Positions 39,736 to 51,974 are shown, counted from the stretch's first letter. The stretch: 64,000 bases of DNA from an uncultured candidatus Porisulfidus sp. (GCA_965200865.1 CBDAVG010000002.1:1583942-1647941); one strand, 5' to 3'. Numbers and translations are program-made. The notes: generated by a model not told the origin, from the letters alone.

Positions 39736-40517
39736 TAGCTGCGCCGCTTGTTAGCATAAAAGATCAACCCGACACCAACCGCAACCATTGCCAACGACAA
39801 TAGTTGCCCCATCGTCATCCATCCTAAAGCAACAAAGCCTATATGTGCGTCGGGCTCTCGGGTGAACTCAACCAAGAATCGTAGCACACCATAACCAATG
39901 GCAAAGTACGCAGCGACTCGACCTAAGGGGCGCGGTTTTTTAGAATAGAACCACAACACAATGAATAACACCACACCCTCCAGCAAAAATTCATACAGCT
40001 GAGAGGGATGACGCGGCTCAGAGCCAGCAATAGGAAACACAACTGCCCACGGTAAATCGCTAATCCGCCCCCATAATTCTCCGTTAATGAAGTTACCGAT
40101 TCTTCCCAAGCCCAAACCTATAGGCACAAGAGGTGCGATAAAGTCCATTATCCGCAAAAAGTTAAGCCCACGGGTGCGTGCAAATATCCAAACAGTTATT
40201 AGCACACCGAGCATACCGCCGTGAAAACTCATGCCACCTTGCCATATCATAAATAAACTCAGCGGCTCAGTCAGTAGCGTAGAGAAGTTATAAAATAGCA
40301 TATAGCCCACGCGCCCTCCGACAATTACGCCGATAATTCCGTAAAACAATAAATCGTCCAGCTTAGAGATCGGAACACCGTATAAAGGGTTGCGGGCGCG
40401 CATACGACCCAATATATAAAATATGATAAAAGCGAGTAGATACATCAAACCGTACCAATGTACCTGGACCGGACCTAAGGAAAATGCAACAGGGTTTATA
40501 TTCGGCAGATGAATCAT
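39735..40517 (-). CDS. lgt: Phosphatidylglycerol--prolipoprotein diacylglyceryl transferase
   Basis: 260 aa. HWYGLMY and [14 protein letters not shown] signatures. Conserved lgt-thyA neighbourhood. Confidence 0.95.
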
Positions 40518-40559
40518 GATAAAAGCATTATAATGGTATTGTCAAAGTTATCTACAACA

Positions 40560-42631
<2,072 letters not shown>

Positions 42632-42635
<4 letters not shown>

Positions 42636-43384
42636 GCTACCTAAGGTTATTCGTACGATTCATTCTAGTCGGATCGCATGTTTTGCTGGCGGCCATTATC
42701 GCACCTTTATGCTTTATGTCAGGCAAGCATGGCAAGCTAAAAACTTTCCAAAAGAGGTTAATACAATGGGAGATGAGATTTTGCTTGAAACTGTTGGGTG
42801 TCAAAATACATCAGATAGGACAAGCTACGAAAAAAGTACAATTGATAGTATCCAATCACATCTCTTGGATCGATATACTGGTTATCGGTAGCACGGTATC
42901 ATCGTGTTTTTTATCCAAAGCCGAAGTACGGAAATGGCCGATTATCGGAAAGCTCACAATACGCTACGGCACTATTTTCATTACCCGAGGACAAGACAGC
43001 CACTTGGTTCGAGAAGAAATCACAAGAAGACTCGCCGATGATATCAACGTGGTTTTATTTCCAGAGGGTACAACCTCAGACGGCACATCAGTGCGCCCCT
43101 TCTTTCCTCGACTGATGGCCACTGCAATAGATACCGATACATCAATACAGCCTGTTTCCTTGCGCTACTTTAACGATAACCGAATTAGCGATATTGCACC
43201 GTTCACGAGTGACCGCTCTTTGTTGAGCCACGCCATTCAATTACTAAAACAAAAATCTACCGATGTCATCATTTGCTTCGGACCGCCCATTACGCCACAA
43301 GGAAAAGACCGCAGTAGCCTTGCCAAGCAAGCACACGCCACAGTATTAGACGGAGTTATAAAAACATCGCCAATGCTACCGTGA
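42632..43384 (+). CDS. Lysophospholipid (1-acyl-sn-glycerol-3-phosphate) acyltransferase family protein
   Basis: 250 aa. N-terminal TM helix, HX4D motif (NHISWID) and the FPEGTTS motif. Confidence 0.85.
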
Positions 43385-43463
43385 AACCTATAATCGCTAA
43401 GGAAATGACACGTGGATTCGCATCATGGAACACCTCATTATGTGCTATAGTTATTGACCCAAT

Positions 43464-43540
43464 CGGAGTGTAGCTCAGCTTGGTAGAGCACTGCCTTCGG
43501 GAGGCAGGGGTCGGAGGTTCAAATCCTCTCACTCCGACCA
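43464..43540 (+). tRNA. tRNA-Pro (anticodon CGG)
   Basis: Folded by hand as CGGAGTG/TA/GCTC-AGCTTGGTA-GAGC/A/CTGCC-TTCGGGA-GGCAG/GGGTC/GGAGG-TTCAAAT-CCTCT/CACTCCG-A-CCA. The cloverleaf is complete and CCA is encoded. Confidence 0.93.
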
Positions 43541-43994
43541 TTGGAAAGTAGAACCGCCGATTGACCCAGTTGGTCAATCGGCGTAACGTCGTGCAGACCC
43601 CTAACATGGGTATGTGTGGGTCGGACAAGCTAAGGCTTGTCCTAAATGGTGGGTACGCCATAAAACCACCGATTATCGCCGAGTGTACCCGCCACTTGAG
43701 CCAGTAGGTCAAGTGGCGTAACTTTGTACGAAATCTAAATATTGTGTTCGTTAAAAACAGTACGTATATCAAAATCAATCAGTGTGACATTGTGCAGAAC
43801 CTCAACAGTATTGTTAAACGCATACATTACAAAATGCATAGGCTACCCCGTCAGATAGAACCGCCGATTGAACCGATAGGTCAATCGGCGTGACGTTGTG
43901 CAGAGCCTCAACATGAATGCTAGACGCATAAATTGCAAAGTGCATAGGCCTGCCACCCCTCCAAAGGAGGGGAATACTATTTTTCAACAGTCCC
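43541..43994. repeat. Mosaic repeat cluster C4 (pile-up of units directly after tRNA-Pro)
   Basis: Three TAGAACCGCC / GCCACTTGA-type hairpin modules (43549-43600, ~43679-43730, 43856-43907), two GTTAAACGCATxCATTACAAAATGCATAGG modules, the CCCCTCC-AAA-GGAGGGG hairpin (43956-43972), and the terminal TTTTTCAACAGTCCC. Confidence 0.85.
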
Positions 43995-44133
43995 ACACGC
44001 AGCCAAACCACTGGAACAAGTGGTGGTTCTATCATGCAAAAATACACTTAGTCGGTTATTAATAACCATTCGTCGGTATCCCGAAACTCAGCCGCCTAAA
44101 TACGGCAAAGTAGTATATTTTATGGAGATATCA

Positions 44134-44805
44134 ATGACTATTAAACACTGGCCAAACAAGGAAAGACCACGCGAGAAATTACTAACCTACGGATCAGAAA
44201 ATTTATCCGATGCAGAATTGCTCGCAATCTTACTTAATTCAGGAACATCCGGAATGTCAGCACTTGACCTTGCCCGTCAATTATTGAAAACCTTCGGAAG
44301 CCTGAGAGCGATAACGGAAGCGGACAAAAAAGATTTATGCCTCAACAAAGGCGTAGGCGATGTTTGTTATACGCGACTGCAAGCCGCACTAGAAATTACT
44401 AGAAGGACGCTGATGGAATCTATGAAGAAAAAAGATATGGTTGCCAGTCCCGAGCGAGCACGTAAATATTTAACCTTAAAGATGCGCAATTATCCTTACG
44501 AAGTTTTTGCCTGCTTATTTCTTGACAACCAACATCGCGTCATCGCTTTTGAGGAACTATTCCGCGGCACTATAGACGGTGCGAGTGTGCATCCTAGAGA
44601 AGTCGTTAAGCGAACCTTGCATCATAACGCTGCAGCGATTATCTTAGTTCATAACCATCCCTCAGGATCCAGCGAACCTTCTCATGCCGACCGCCATATC
44701 ACCGAAGAACTAAAAAATGCGTTGTCGTTGATTGATGTACGGATACTTGATCACTTTGTGGTCGGTGAAAAAATAACATCGTTCACCGAATCTAATTTAC
44801 TTTGA
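44134..44805 (+). CDS. radC: RadC-family JAB/MPN domain protein
   Basis: Start at MTIKHWPNKERPREKLL, giving 223 aa. LSDAELLAILL and HNHPSG motifs. The track's N-terminal extension runs into the repeat cluster. Confidence 0.9.
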   Translation: MTIKHWPNKERPREKLLTYGSENLSDAELLAILLNSGTSGMSALDLARQLLKTFGSLRAITEADKKDLCLNKGVGDVCYTRLQAALEITRRTLMESMKKKDMVASPERARKYLTLKMRNYPYEVFACLFLDNQHRVIAFEELFRGTIDGASVHPREVVKRTLHHNAAAIILVHNHPSGSSEPSHADRHITEELKNALSLIDVRILDHFVVGEKITSFTESNLL

Positions 44806-44914
44806 GAACACGCTACCCATGTGTCTGTATCTATTTTAAGCAGATTACACAAAATGAGATTCTCTATATTATAATAAGCGTCATATCTTCTTTGATACTA
44901 CAAAAATCAAAACT

Positions 44915-45391
44915 ATGCGAAAAACACCGATAACCAAATTAGGGGCAGAAAGGCTTAGAGAAGAATTAAAGCACCTCAAAACCGTAGAACGCCGGAAGAT
45001 AATCGCAGCGATTGCAACTGCGCGTGAGCACGGAGACCTTAAAGAAAACGCCGAATATCACGCAGCACGCGAACGCCAAAGCTTCATTGAGGGGCGCATT
45101 AAAGACATAGAATTCCACCTTTCCGAGAGCGAAATTATTGATATCACACAATTAAAACATAATAACAAAATAGTATTCGGAGCAACGGTTGAACTATATG
45201 ACAAGGATGCCGAGACAGAGTGCACATATCAAATTGTAGGAGAAATAGAAGCGGATATTAAGCAAAACAAAATATCCGTCACCTCACCTTTAGCACGAGC
45301 GATGATTGGGAAGGCGGAAGGCGATAGTATTGTCGTCGAGACACCCAGCGGTGAAAAAACATACAAAGTTCTATCATTAAACTACGGCTAG
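44915..45391 (+). CDS. greA: Transcription elongation factor GreA
   Basis: 158 aa. [13 protein letters not shown] coiled-coil motif and the C-terminal FKBP-like domain. Confidence 0.96.
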   Translation: MRKTPITKLGAERLREELKHLKTVERRKIIAAIATAREHGDLKENAEYHAARERQSFIEGRIKDIEFHLSESEIIDITQLKHNNKIVFGATVELYDKDAETECTYQIVGEIEADIKQNKISVTSPLARAMIGKAEGDSIVVETPSGEKTYKVLSLNYG

Positions 45392-45586
45392 ACTCAGCCA
45401 AAACCAATCGGCTGTGAGATTACTCTTCCCATAGCAATTCTGCTTCTTTTAGTCTCTGCTGATACTTTATCCTTTTTTTTATACCACTCGGCACTTAGCC
45501 CGAGACATACGGCCTCTATAGCGTAAAAATATGACAAATTGCCTCTGAGGCTGCTTTTTTACACATCACAAAAACCATGAACGCTT

Positions 45587-46276
45587 ATGAAAATCTTTAG
45601 CAAATCTATATTTTCCAAACATTGTCCAGTTTGTTTATCTACCACCGAACACACTGGCTTGTGTGAAAATTGTTTATCGAATCTAATTCAACCAAGACAT
45701 AGTTGTCGGATTTGTCTTGTACCGCTTGAACGTCAAACAGGCAATATTTGTATTTCTTGTTCGGCAGGCGTGCCTTTTGATCAAGTTGTTGCACTAGCTC
45801 ATTATACTTCCCCGCTCAGCGATTTGATTTGTAGGTTGAAATACCACAATCATATCTATTTAGCTAAAGTTCTAGGCACACTACTTGCAAATCATATAAA
45901 AAAACACCGACGAACATTGCCCGAATTGTTAATCGCCGTACCTCTGCACAAACAACGCATAAAACAGCGAGGGTTTAATCAAGCCGTAGAAATTGCACGC
46001 ACAGTATCTGCCGAGCTAAACTTGAAAACAGATTATCGGTGCATTGAAAAATCTAAAATAACCCCCTTGCAAACCACACTTAATTCGCATCGGCGCAGGA
46101 ATAATCTAAAAGGTGCTTTTCGTCTACGGAAGCCGGTATATGCGAAATCAATTGCATTACTTGACGATGTGATGACCACTGGGGCAACCGTATCGGAAAT
46201 CGCATCGTTATTGAAAAAAGAGGGTATGCATCGCGTTGAGGTTTGGGTTCTAGCAAGAACTTCCCCTTCGTCTTAA
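45587..46276 (+). CDS. ComF family protein (phosphoribosyltransferase domain)
   Basis: 229 aa. N-terminal CxxC pairs and the PRTase motif ALLDDVMTTGAT. Confidence 0.85.
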   Translation: MKIFSKSIFSKHCPVCLSTTEHTGLCENCLSNLIQPRHSCRICLVPLERQTGNICISCSAGVPFDQVVALAHYTSPLSDLICRLKYHNHIYLAKVLGTLLANHIKKHRRTLPELLIAVPLHKQRIKQRGFNQAVEIARTVSAELNLKTDYRCIEKSKITPLQTTLNSHRRRNNLKGAFRLRKPVYAKSIALLDDVMTTGATVSEIASLLKKEGMHRVEVWVLARTSPSS

Positions 46277-47130
46277 CTAAATAAATCTATAAAAAGTCCA
46301 ATAAAGACAGCCATACCAAAATAGTTATTATTATTAAAAGCCCACAAACACAGTTCTGGAGATCTGTTCCTAAGAAGATACTGTTGGTAGACCAAAAAAA
46401 TCATTGCCACAGCCAAGCCGCCGTAATAAAAACTTCCTAGTGCCTTCAGATAACCTATGATGAACAAGAAAACAAGCGTTGACATCTGGAATACGGCAAT
46501 CAGTGAACGATCGTGCTTCCCAAACAACAAAGCTGAAGATTTCACACCTATTGCTTTGTCGTCGTGGCGATCAGCCATAGCATACATCGTATCGTAAGCA
46601 ACCGACCAACAAATACTGGCTGCATATAATAACCAACCCTCTAGAGGCGGCAATGCATTAGTCTGGGCAGTATACGCCATCGGTATCGCCCAACCAAAGG
46701 CTAAACCTAGATGCACTTGAGGCAAAGAATGTATGCGCTTCATAAATGGATAAGATATCGCCAAAAATAGTGCAACCACAGCCATATATACGGTTAGTCT
46801 GTTAGTCTGTAATACCAACAAAAAAGCTAAAACCAATAACACGATAAATAAAGCAATTGCTTCTGCTGGGGAAACATGACCTGAGGCGATAGGGCGATTT
46901 TTAGTTCTGGCAACTAAAGGATCTATTTTACGATCGACGTAATCGTTAACCACACAACCTGCCGACCGCATCAGCACTACGCCGATGATGAAAATCAATA
47001 ATATCTGTTGTTCAGGAAAACCGCCGCCAGCAAACCACAAAGCCCATAACGTCGGCCATAACAATAAGTAGATACCAATGGGGCGGGAAAAACGCATCAG
47101 CACCAAATAATTTTTGATACGCTCACCCAT
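46273..47130 (-). CDS. ubiA: 4-hydroxybenzoate octaprenyltransferase
   Basis: Start at MGERIKNYLVLMRF. NDYVDRKID motif and multiple TM helices. Its stop overlaps the comF stop within the palindrome TTAA (46273-46276). Confidence 0.92.
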   Translation of the reverse strand: MGERIKNYLVLMRFSRPIGIYLLLWPTLWALWFAGGGFPEQQILLIFIIGVVLMRSAGCVVNDYVDRKIDPLVARTKNRPIASGHVSPAEAIALFIVLLVLAFLLVLQTNRLTVYMAVVALFLAISYPFMKRIHSLPQVHLGLAFGWAIPMAYTAQTNALPPLEGWLLYAASICWSVAYDTMYAMADRHDDKAIGVKSSALLFGKHDRSLIAVFQMSTLVFLFIIGYLKALGSFYYGGLAVAMIFLVYQQYLLRNRSPELCLWAFNNNNYFGMAVFIGLFIDLFS

Positions 47131-47251
47131 TATGGAACTACCATTTTTCACAGTACACAACAGTGCTGGTATTAAAAATGTATGAAATGTTTATACAACC
47201 GCAACCTAAACTGCATTTGTAGGGACAGACTGAGGCTGTTGGAAAATAAAG

Positions 47252-49471
47252 TTATTTATCGGCTTTCTTGGCTGCCTTTCGTTGAGCCCTTCTTTCGGCT
47301 AAAAATCTAGCTCTTTTTTCTGCTTTTATGCGGGCTTGTAATTGTGCTTGCTCTACCGCATCCATAGCCTGATACAGCTTTTGCAAAATGCTTTCTATCC
47401 TCTCTTTGGTTTGCTCACTGCCGGGAAGGTTTCTGGCTTCTTCCAATACGGCAATCGCCTCTCTCGGATTATCCCTACGAATCTCCGAGATCGCTTTAGT
47501 GAGCATTACTGAAGCCGAGCGTGCACGTGATGTGGACCATGCTCCGACTAGCGAATCAAATTCATCGGTTTTACCCAGTTCTAGATAAACACCAGACAAT
47601 GCGTTCAATACCTGCCGTCGGTACGGATAGTCTTTACGTATTTCTTCAAATAAAGGAAGTGCTTTTTCGTACTCTTGATTTCTGTAATAATAATTGCCAA
47701 TATAATACATAGTCCTTTTTCTTATTGGGAATTCTTTATACGATTCTTGGGCAGCCTCAAACGAGGTTTTATAGTTGCCGGCACTATAATTTGATACAGC
47801 CTTAAAGTACAAGTTATCGGACTTGTACCAAATAACTTGGATGGCTAACATAGCAACAGTTGCCACAGTCATCGCAGTGGCAGTGGCTATTTTCAAAACA
47901 GGTGATGGCAAAGCCCAACGATAAAATGTACGCTCGCTTGAATCAGATGCCTGCCAAACAGCACCGGCAAGTATACCGACATAAAGCATAGTGATTGCTA
48001 TAGTAATAGGTTGCTGTAATGGGAAACTGACAAATGCATTCCCGGCGATGCCTAATATAGCCAAAACGACGGCCATCACCATCAGTTGATCTTCCTGGCG
48101 AAGTTCGCTTTTAAGTGAAAACACGCGCACTATGCCAATAAGTACTGCAAAGGCTACCCACAACATTAATAGTAGTCCGACTAGACCTAGTTCGCATATA
48201 AACTCTACATAATCATTATGCGCATTAATATGGAAGAGTGTCTCACCTCTCAGTGCAGGGTCAACCGCGTAGGACTCTTGATATTTCGGATAATAAACCA
48301 TCCAATTACCAATACCTACGCCTAGAAACCAATAATCCTTGAACATATTATAGGAATTTCTCCACATAATAAGACGCTGATTCTTAGTTCCTTCATAACT
48401 TCCCTTAGCAGATTCAATTAATTCAGAAGCCGAATCGGCTTGTACTGCACCTCCACGCGGATTCGTTGAACTATCAATTCCTCCAGTGTTTTCTTCTAAA
48501 ACTGGAACACTAGCGACGAAAAACTGTGGTGTCGTATTAACCAACATGACTGTTGCCACAATAAATGCTACTAAAGCCAATATTTTAGGAAGTCCCCAGT
48601 TATATTTGTGAACCAAGCCGTACTTAAAATAAACTAACAATGTAGCTAATATAACCATTTCAACTATCCATGAGAGCCATGAACCGCGCGTACGACCATA
48701 AAATAAAGCAGCCAGTGCGAAAGCAGAACCTAGAGCATAAAACCATGATGCCACAGGCTTACGGCTGTTTATGAAAAGCCCCACACCTAATATCCAAGTT
48801 AAAATCAGGAATTCTCCATTCATATTTTTATTGCCGAATGTGGCCGCCGGCGAGGCATGTTGGGCGACCCAGTCTATAGAAAGCAGATATTGCCCAACAC
48901 TCAATAAAGCGATAAGCACTAAACTACAAAACATGCAAAATATCATTGGGAATATGGAGCGCCTGTCGCGTAAACACATCAACACCAAAAAGAAAATAAT
49001 AAATCCTGCTCCCCAATCCAATATCTTGACTATTGCTTCATAAAAGTTATGCGCCCAAAATAAAGATAAAACCATCCATAAATAAAAAGCTATGACGGGA
49101 TATAACAGTAGCGGAACATGCGGGATCAAGATACCGGCACTTTTATTCTTATACACCAAAAACAAATAAACGGACAAAAATACTAAAGCACCCACTTGCA
49201 ACATTGATGCCATATAAAGATCAGGGTTATAACCGTATGCAGTCTGACCCAAAGGTGCGACGATAGCAACTAAAGCAATAAAGATAGAAAGTGCCCACAC
49301 ATAAGATTGAGGTATCTCCGATATTACTTCTAATTGATAACGTCCTGATATTGAATTCTCAGGCACGCCGCTTGCCGACAAACCTGCTTTGTTATCAATA
49401 GATTTAGGGGGTGGTCGCTTTGGTGAAGTCTTAGCAACAACGGTTCCCTTTTTCTTTTTTCTAGTAGCCAT
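47252..49471 (-). CDS. Polytopic membrane protein, O-antigen ligase (Wzy_C)-like, with C-terminal TPR repeats and a basic coiled tail
   Basis: 739 aa. Lys/Pro-rich N-terminus, more than 10 predicted TM helices, a GRTRGSWLS segment, then TPR-like NYYYRNQEYEKALPLFEEI... and the tail KAEKRARFLAERRAQRKAAKKADK. Confidence 0.5.
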   Translation of the reverse strand: MATRKKKKGTVVAKTSPKRPPPKSIDNKAGLSASGVPENSISGRYQLEVISEIPQSYVWALSIFIALVAIVAPLGQTAYGYNPDLYMASMLQVGALVFLSVYLFLVYKNKSAGILIPHVPLLLYPVIAFYLWMVLSLFWAHNFYEAIVKILDWGAGFIIFFLVLMCLRDRRSIFPMIFCMFCSLVLIALLSVGQYLLSIDWVAQHASPAATFGNKNMNGEFLILTWILGVGLFINSRKPVASWFYALGSAFALAALFYGRTRGSWLSWIVEMVILATLLVYFKYGLVHKYNWGLPKILALVAFIVATVMLVNTTPQFFVASVPVLEENTGGIDSSTNPRGGAVQADSASELIESAKGSYEGTKNQRLIMWRNSYNMFKDYWFLGVGIGNWMVYYPKYQESYAVDPALRGETLFHINAHNDYVEFICELGLVGLLLMLWVAFAVLIGIVRVFSLKSELRQEDQLMVMAVVLAILGIAGNAFVSFPLQQPITIAITMLYVGILAGAVWQASDSSERTFYRWALPSPVLKIATATAMTVATVAMLAIQVIWYKSDNLYFKAVSNYSAGNYKTSFEAAQESYKEFPIRKRTMYYIGNYYYRNQEYEKALPLFEEIRKDYPYRRQVLNALSGVYLELGKTDEFDSLVGAWSTSRARSASVMLTKAISEIRRDNPREAIAVLEEARNLPGSEQTKERIESILQKLYQAMDAVEQAQLQARIKAEKRARFLAERRAQRKAAKKADK

Positions 49472-49619
49472 GCTGTTCTATATTTCGAAAATAAAAATTA
49501 AGTCCTTATAATAACATGACATAGCATTGGATAGCATAAATAACGCAATCATAGTGACAGAGGTCAAGGGTTAAACTATGGCGCAGATTCTATATGTTTA
49601 TGAACATTTATTGCAACAA

Positions 49620-49706
<87 letters not shown>

Positions 49707-49736
49707 GAAAAACCGTTGCAAAGTTTAACACACTGT

Positions 49737-50669
49737 CTATTCTTTAGATACTTGAGATGTTTGCTCCAGCACCTCGTCTGCAAAACTTCCTGCTACATTA
49801 ATATCTACAGGATCAAGCGCATCTCTCTCTGTGGATGTTGCAAATGCGTCTACTCGGCTTTGTAAATCACTGATATAGCTTTCGGATTGCACTCTTCCCT
49901 GACATAGTATTTGCTCTTGTATATTGATTAGTTCAGTGCCAAGATTTAACCCGTTTTGAACCCATGCTCTGATTGCATGGTCTTGTTCTGGATATTTTTC
50001 CAGTGCCTCAGTATAACCTTTGCTACTCGTTCCGTATTGGGTGAGCTCTTGCGTGCTATCGCGGAATGTTGAATTTCGGACAGTATCTACCATTTGCACA
50101 ATCTGTGTTGACTGCTTTTCCAAAGTTTCTAGAGACCCGGCAGGCATTTTCTGTTTTTCTGCCTCACTTAAATACCTAAAAGACACCATATCAGCTACAT
50201 TTCTAAGTGCAGTCGTGCCTCTGCGTAGGGCTTTATCACCTGAATTGAAAAACGAAGCGACCTCGCTACTACTTTTTGCGGCGGCTAATCCTTTTGCAGC
50301 ATTCTCTTTAGCAACCAATATCCCGGATGTGGATGCTATGATTAAACCATGCACTCGCCCTTGCAAGAGTGCATCTACAGCATTATTCGCCGGACTAGTA
50401 GTAGCAGTGGCAGGCGATGATATTTGTTGACGACGACTCTGTGAACGCCTTCCAAAACACGATCCTAACGCGCTAAATAAACCCTTACGTTCACTATGTG
50501 TAGGCGAACGCGCCGCTCTACTGCGTATGCTTTTCCTCGAAATATTGGGACTAAGGTTAGCACTCACTCTATCATCATTGGCGACAGTTTTACTAACGCG
50601 GCCATCGTTTTGGGCAGCTTGCTCAATGTTGGTCGGTTGTGGGGGACGATTAGTTGAATTTACTAGCAT
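49737..50669 (-). CDS. Orphan protein (310 aa) with a disordered S/R/P/T-rich N-terminal third and a helical remainder
   Basis: Start at ATG 50669, preceded by AAGGAGGG (50677-50684) with a 7-nt spacer. No signal peptide, TM helix or motif I recognise. Confidence 0.7.
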   Translation of the reverse strand: MLVNSTNRPPQPTNIEQAAQNDGRVSKTVANDDRVSANLSPNISRKSIRSRAARSPTHSERKGLFSALGSCFGRRSQSRRQQISSPATATTSPANNAVDALLQGRVHGLIIASTSGILVAKENAAKGLAAAKSSSEVASFFNSGDKALRRGTTALRNVADMVSFRYLSEAEKQKMPAGSLETLEKQSTQIVQMVDTVRNSTFRDSTQELTQYGTSSKGYTEALEKYPEQDHAIRAWVQNGLNLGTELINIQEQILCQGRVQSESYISDLQSRVDAFATSTERDALDPVDINVAGSFADEVLEQTSQVSKE

Positions 50670-50858
50670 AACAATACCCTCCTTTATCTTTATCGTTACT
50701 ACTATGGCATAGTATAACATACTGTAAGGACCAAGGCTGCAACTTAGCACAACATGGTTAGCAACACAATATAATTCATCAAAACAATGGGTAGGAGGGA
50801 ATTATATGTCGGTGTTGCGTTATAATGAGTTCGTCGTTTGTACTTTCAGGTTGTCTTG

Positions 50859-51032
50859 ATGGAATATAAAAAATATATGTGTGTGGTTTGTGGCTGGGTC
50901 TACGATGAGGAATACGGCGTGCCGGAAGACGGCATAGAACCCGGAACACGTTGGGATGACATCCCGTTGAATTGGACTTGTCCGGAATGCGGCGCGCGTA
51001 AATCCGACTTTGAAATGGTTGAATTGGGTTAG
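50859..51032 (+). CDS. Rubredoxin
   Basis: Starts [17 protein letters not shown]. Two CxxC knuckles (CVVCG, CPECG) with conserved aromatic residues. Confidence 0.93.
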   Translation: MEYKKYMCVVCGWVYDEEYGVPEDGIEPGTRWDDIPLNWTCPECGARKSDFEMVELG

Positions 51033-51035
51033 CCG

Positions 51036-51974
51036 ATGTCTATCTTGGTTTGCGGTTCCGTTGCTTTTGATAACATCATGGTCTTTAACGACCGCTTTAG
51101 AAATCACATTTTAGCCGATCAGTTACATATCTTAAATGTTTCCTTTTTGGTCCCCGACATGCAACAACAGTACGGCGGTTGTGCAGGAAATATTGCGTAT
51201 AACTTATCTTTGCTCAACTGCGAATCTTACGTAATGGCAACCGTGGGAAAGGATTTCGGTGATTACGGTAGATGGATGGATCGTTGCGGTATAAACCGAG
51301 ACTACATAAAAGTTATTACAGACAGCTATACCTCGCGAGCCTTTATCATTACTGATATGGACGACAATCAGATTACTGCATTTCATCCAGGGGCGATGGA
51401 ACAGTGCCATATAAACCAAGTGCCTGCCGGTGAAGGCATTATTTTAGGGATTATTTCACCTGACGGACGCGAGGGGATGCTCCAACACGCACAACAATTT
51501 AAGGATGCCAGTATCCCGTTCATTTTTGATCCCGGTCAAGGAACACCAATGTTCACAACAGAAGAACTGGATCATTTTATAGACCAGGCTGATTGGCTGG
51601 CATGCAACGATTACGAGGCACAGATGATTTGTGAACGCACTAATAACTCAATGGAACAGATTACTGAACGAGTGCGAGCATTCATTGTCACCCAAGGCGA
51701 TAAAGGTTCTATGATTTATACAAAGGAAAAGGTTCATACAATTCCTGTTATACGCGCCGAAAAACCGAAAGATCCGACAGGCTGTGGCGACGCTTACCGG
51801 GCAGGATTACTCTACGGCTTATCCAAAAATCTTGATTGGGAAACAACCGGGCGTATCGCATCGCTACTGGGAACTTATAAGGTTGAATGTTCGGGCGGGC
51901 AACAACACTCTTTTTCTAAAGCAGAGTTTAGACAGCGTTATGCGGAAGTCTATGGCATTAACATCGCTATATAA
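51036..51974 (+). CDS. PfkB-family carbohydrate/nucleoside kinase
   Basis: 312 aa. GGCAGNIA and DPTGCGDAYRAG (PfkB signature 2). Confidence 0.85.
   Translation: MSILVCGSVAFDNIMVFNDRFRNHILADQLHILNVSFLVPDMQQQYGGCAGNIAYNLSLLNCESYVMATVGKDFGDYGRWMDRCGINRDYIKVITDSYTSRAFIITDMDDNQITAFHPGAMEQCHINQVPAGEGIILGIISPDGREGMLQHAQQFKDASIPFIFDPGQGTPMFTTEELDHFIDQADWLACNDYEAQMICERTNNSMEQITERVRAFIVTQGDKGSMIYTKEKVHTIPVIRAEKPKDPTGCGDAYRAGLLYGLSKNLDWETTGRIASLLGTYKVECSGGQQHSFSKAEFRQRYAEVYGINIAI

Noticed and set aside
43356-43778. 140-aa ORF on the minus strand spanning tRNA-Pro and the repeat cluster. Similar cases are 43814-44047, 53799-54032, 53881-54069, 58053-58238 and 58295-58543.
   Set aside because: They overlap tRNA genes or are translations of the intergenic repeat modules; for example, PPVEGWQAQPDGV comes from the CCCCTCC/GGAGGGG hairpin. 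The same peptide fragments recur wherever the repeat recurs.
45392-45586. 195-bp greA-comF spacer with a T8 run and small palindromes (CTCGG...CCGAG, GCCTC.GAGGC), considered as a terminator or small RNA.
   Set aside because: The stems are only 5 bp or have loops that are too small. The T-run precedes the hairpin rather than following it on the relevant strand. There is no repeat-family similarity.
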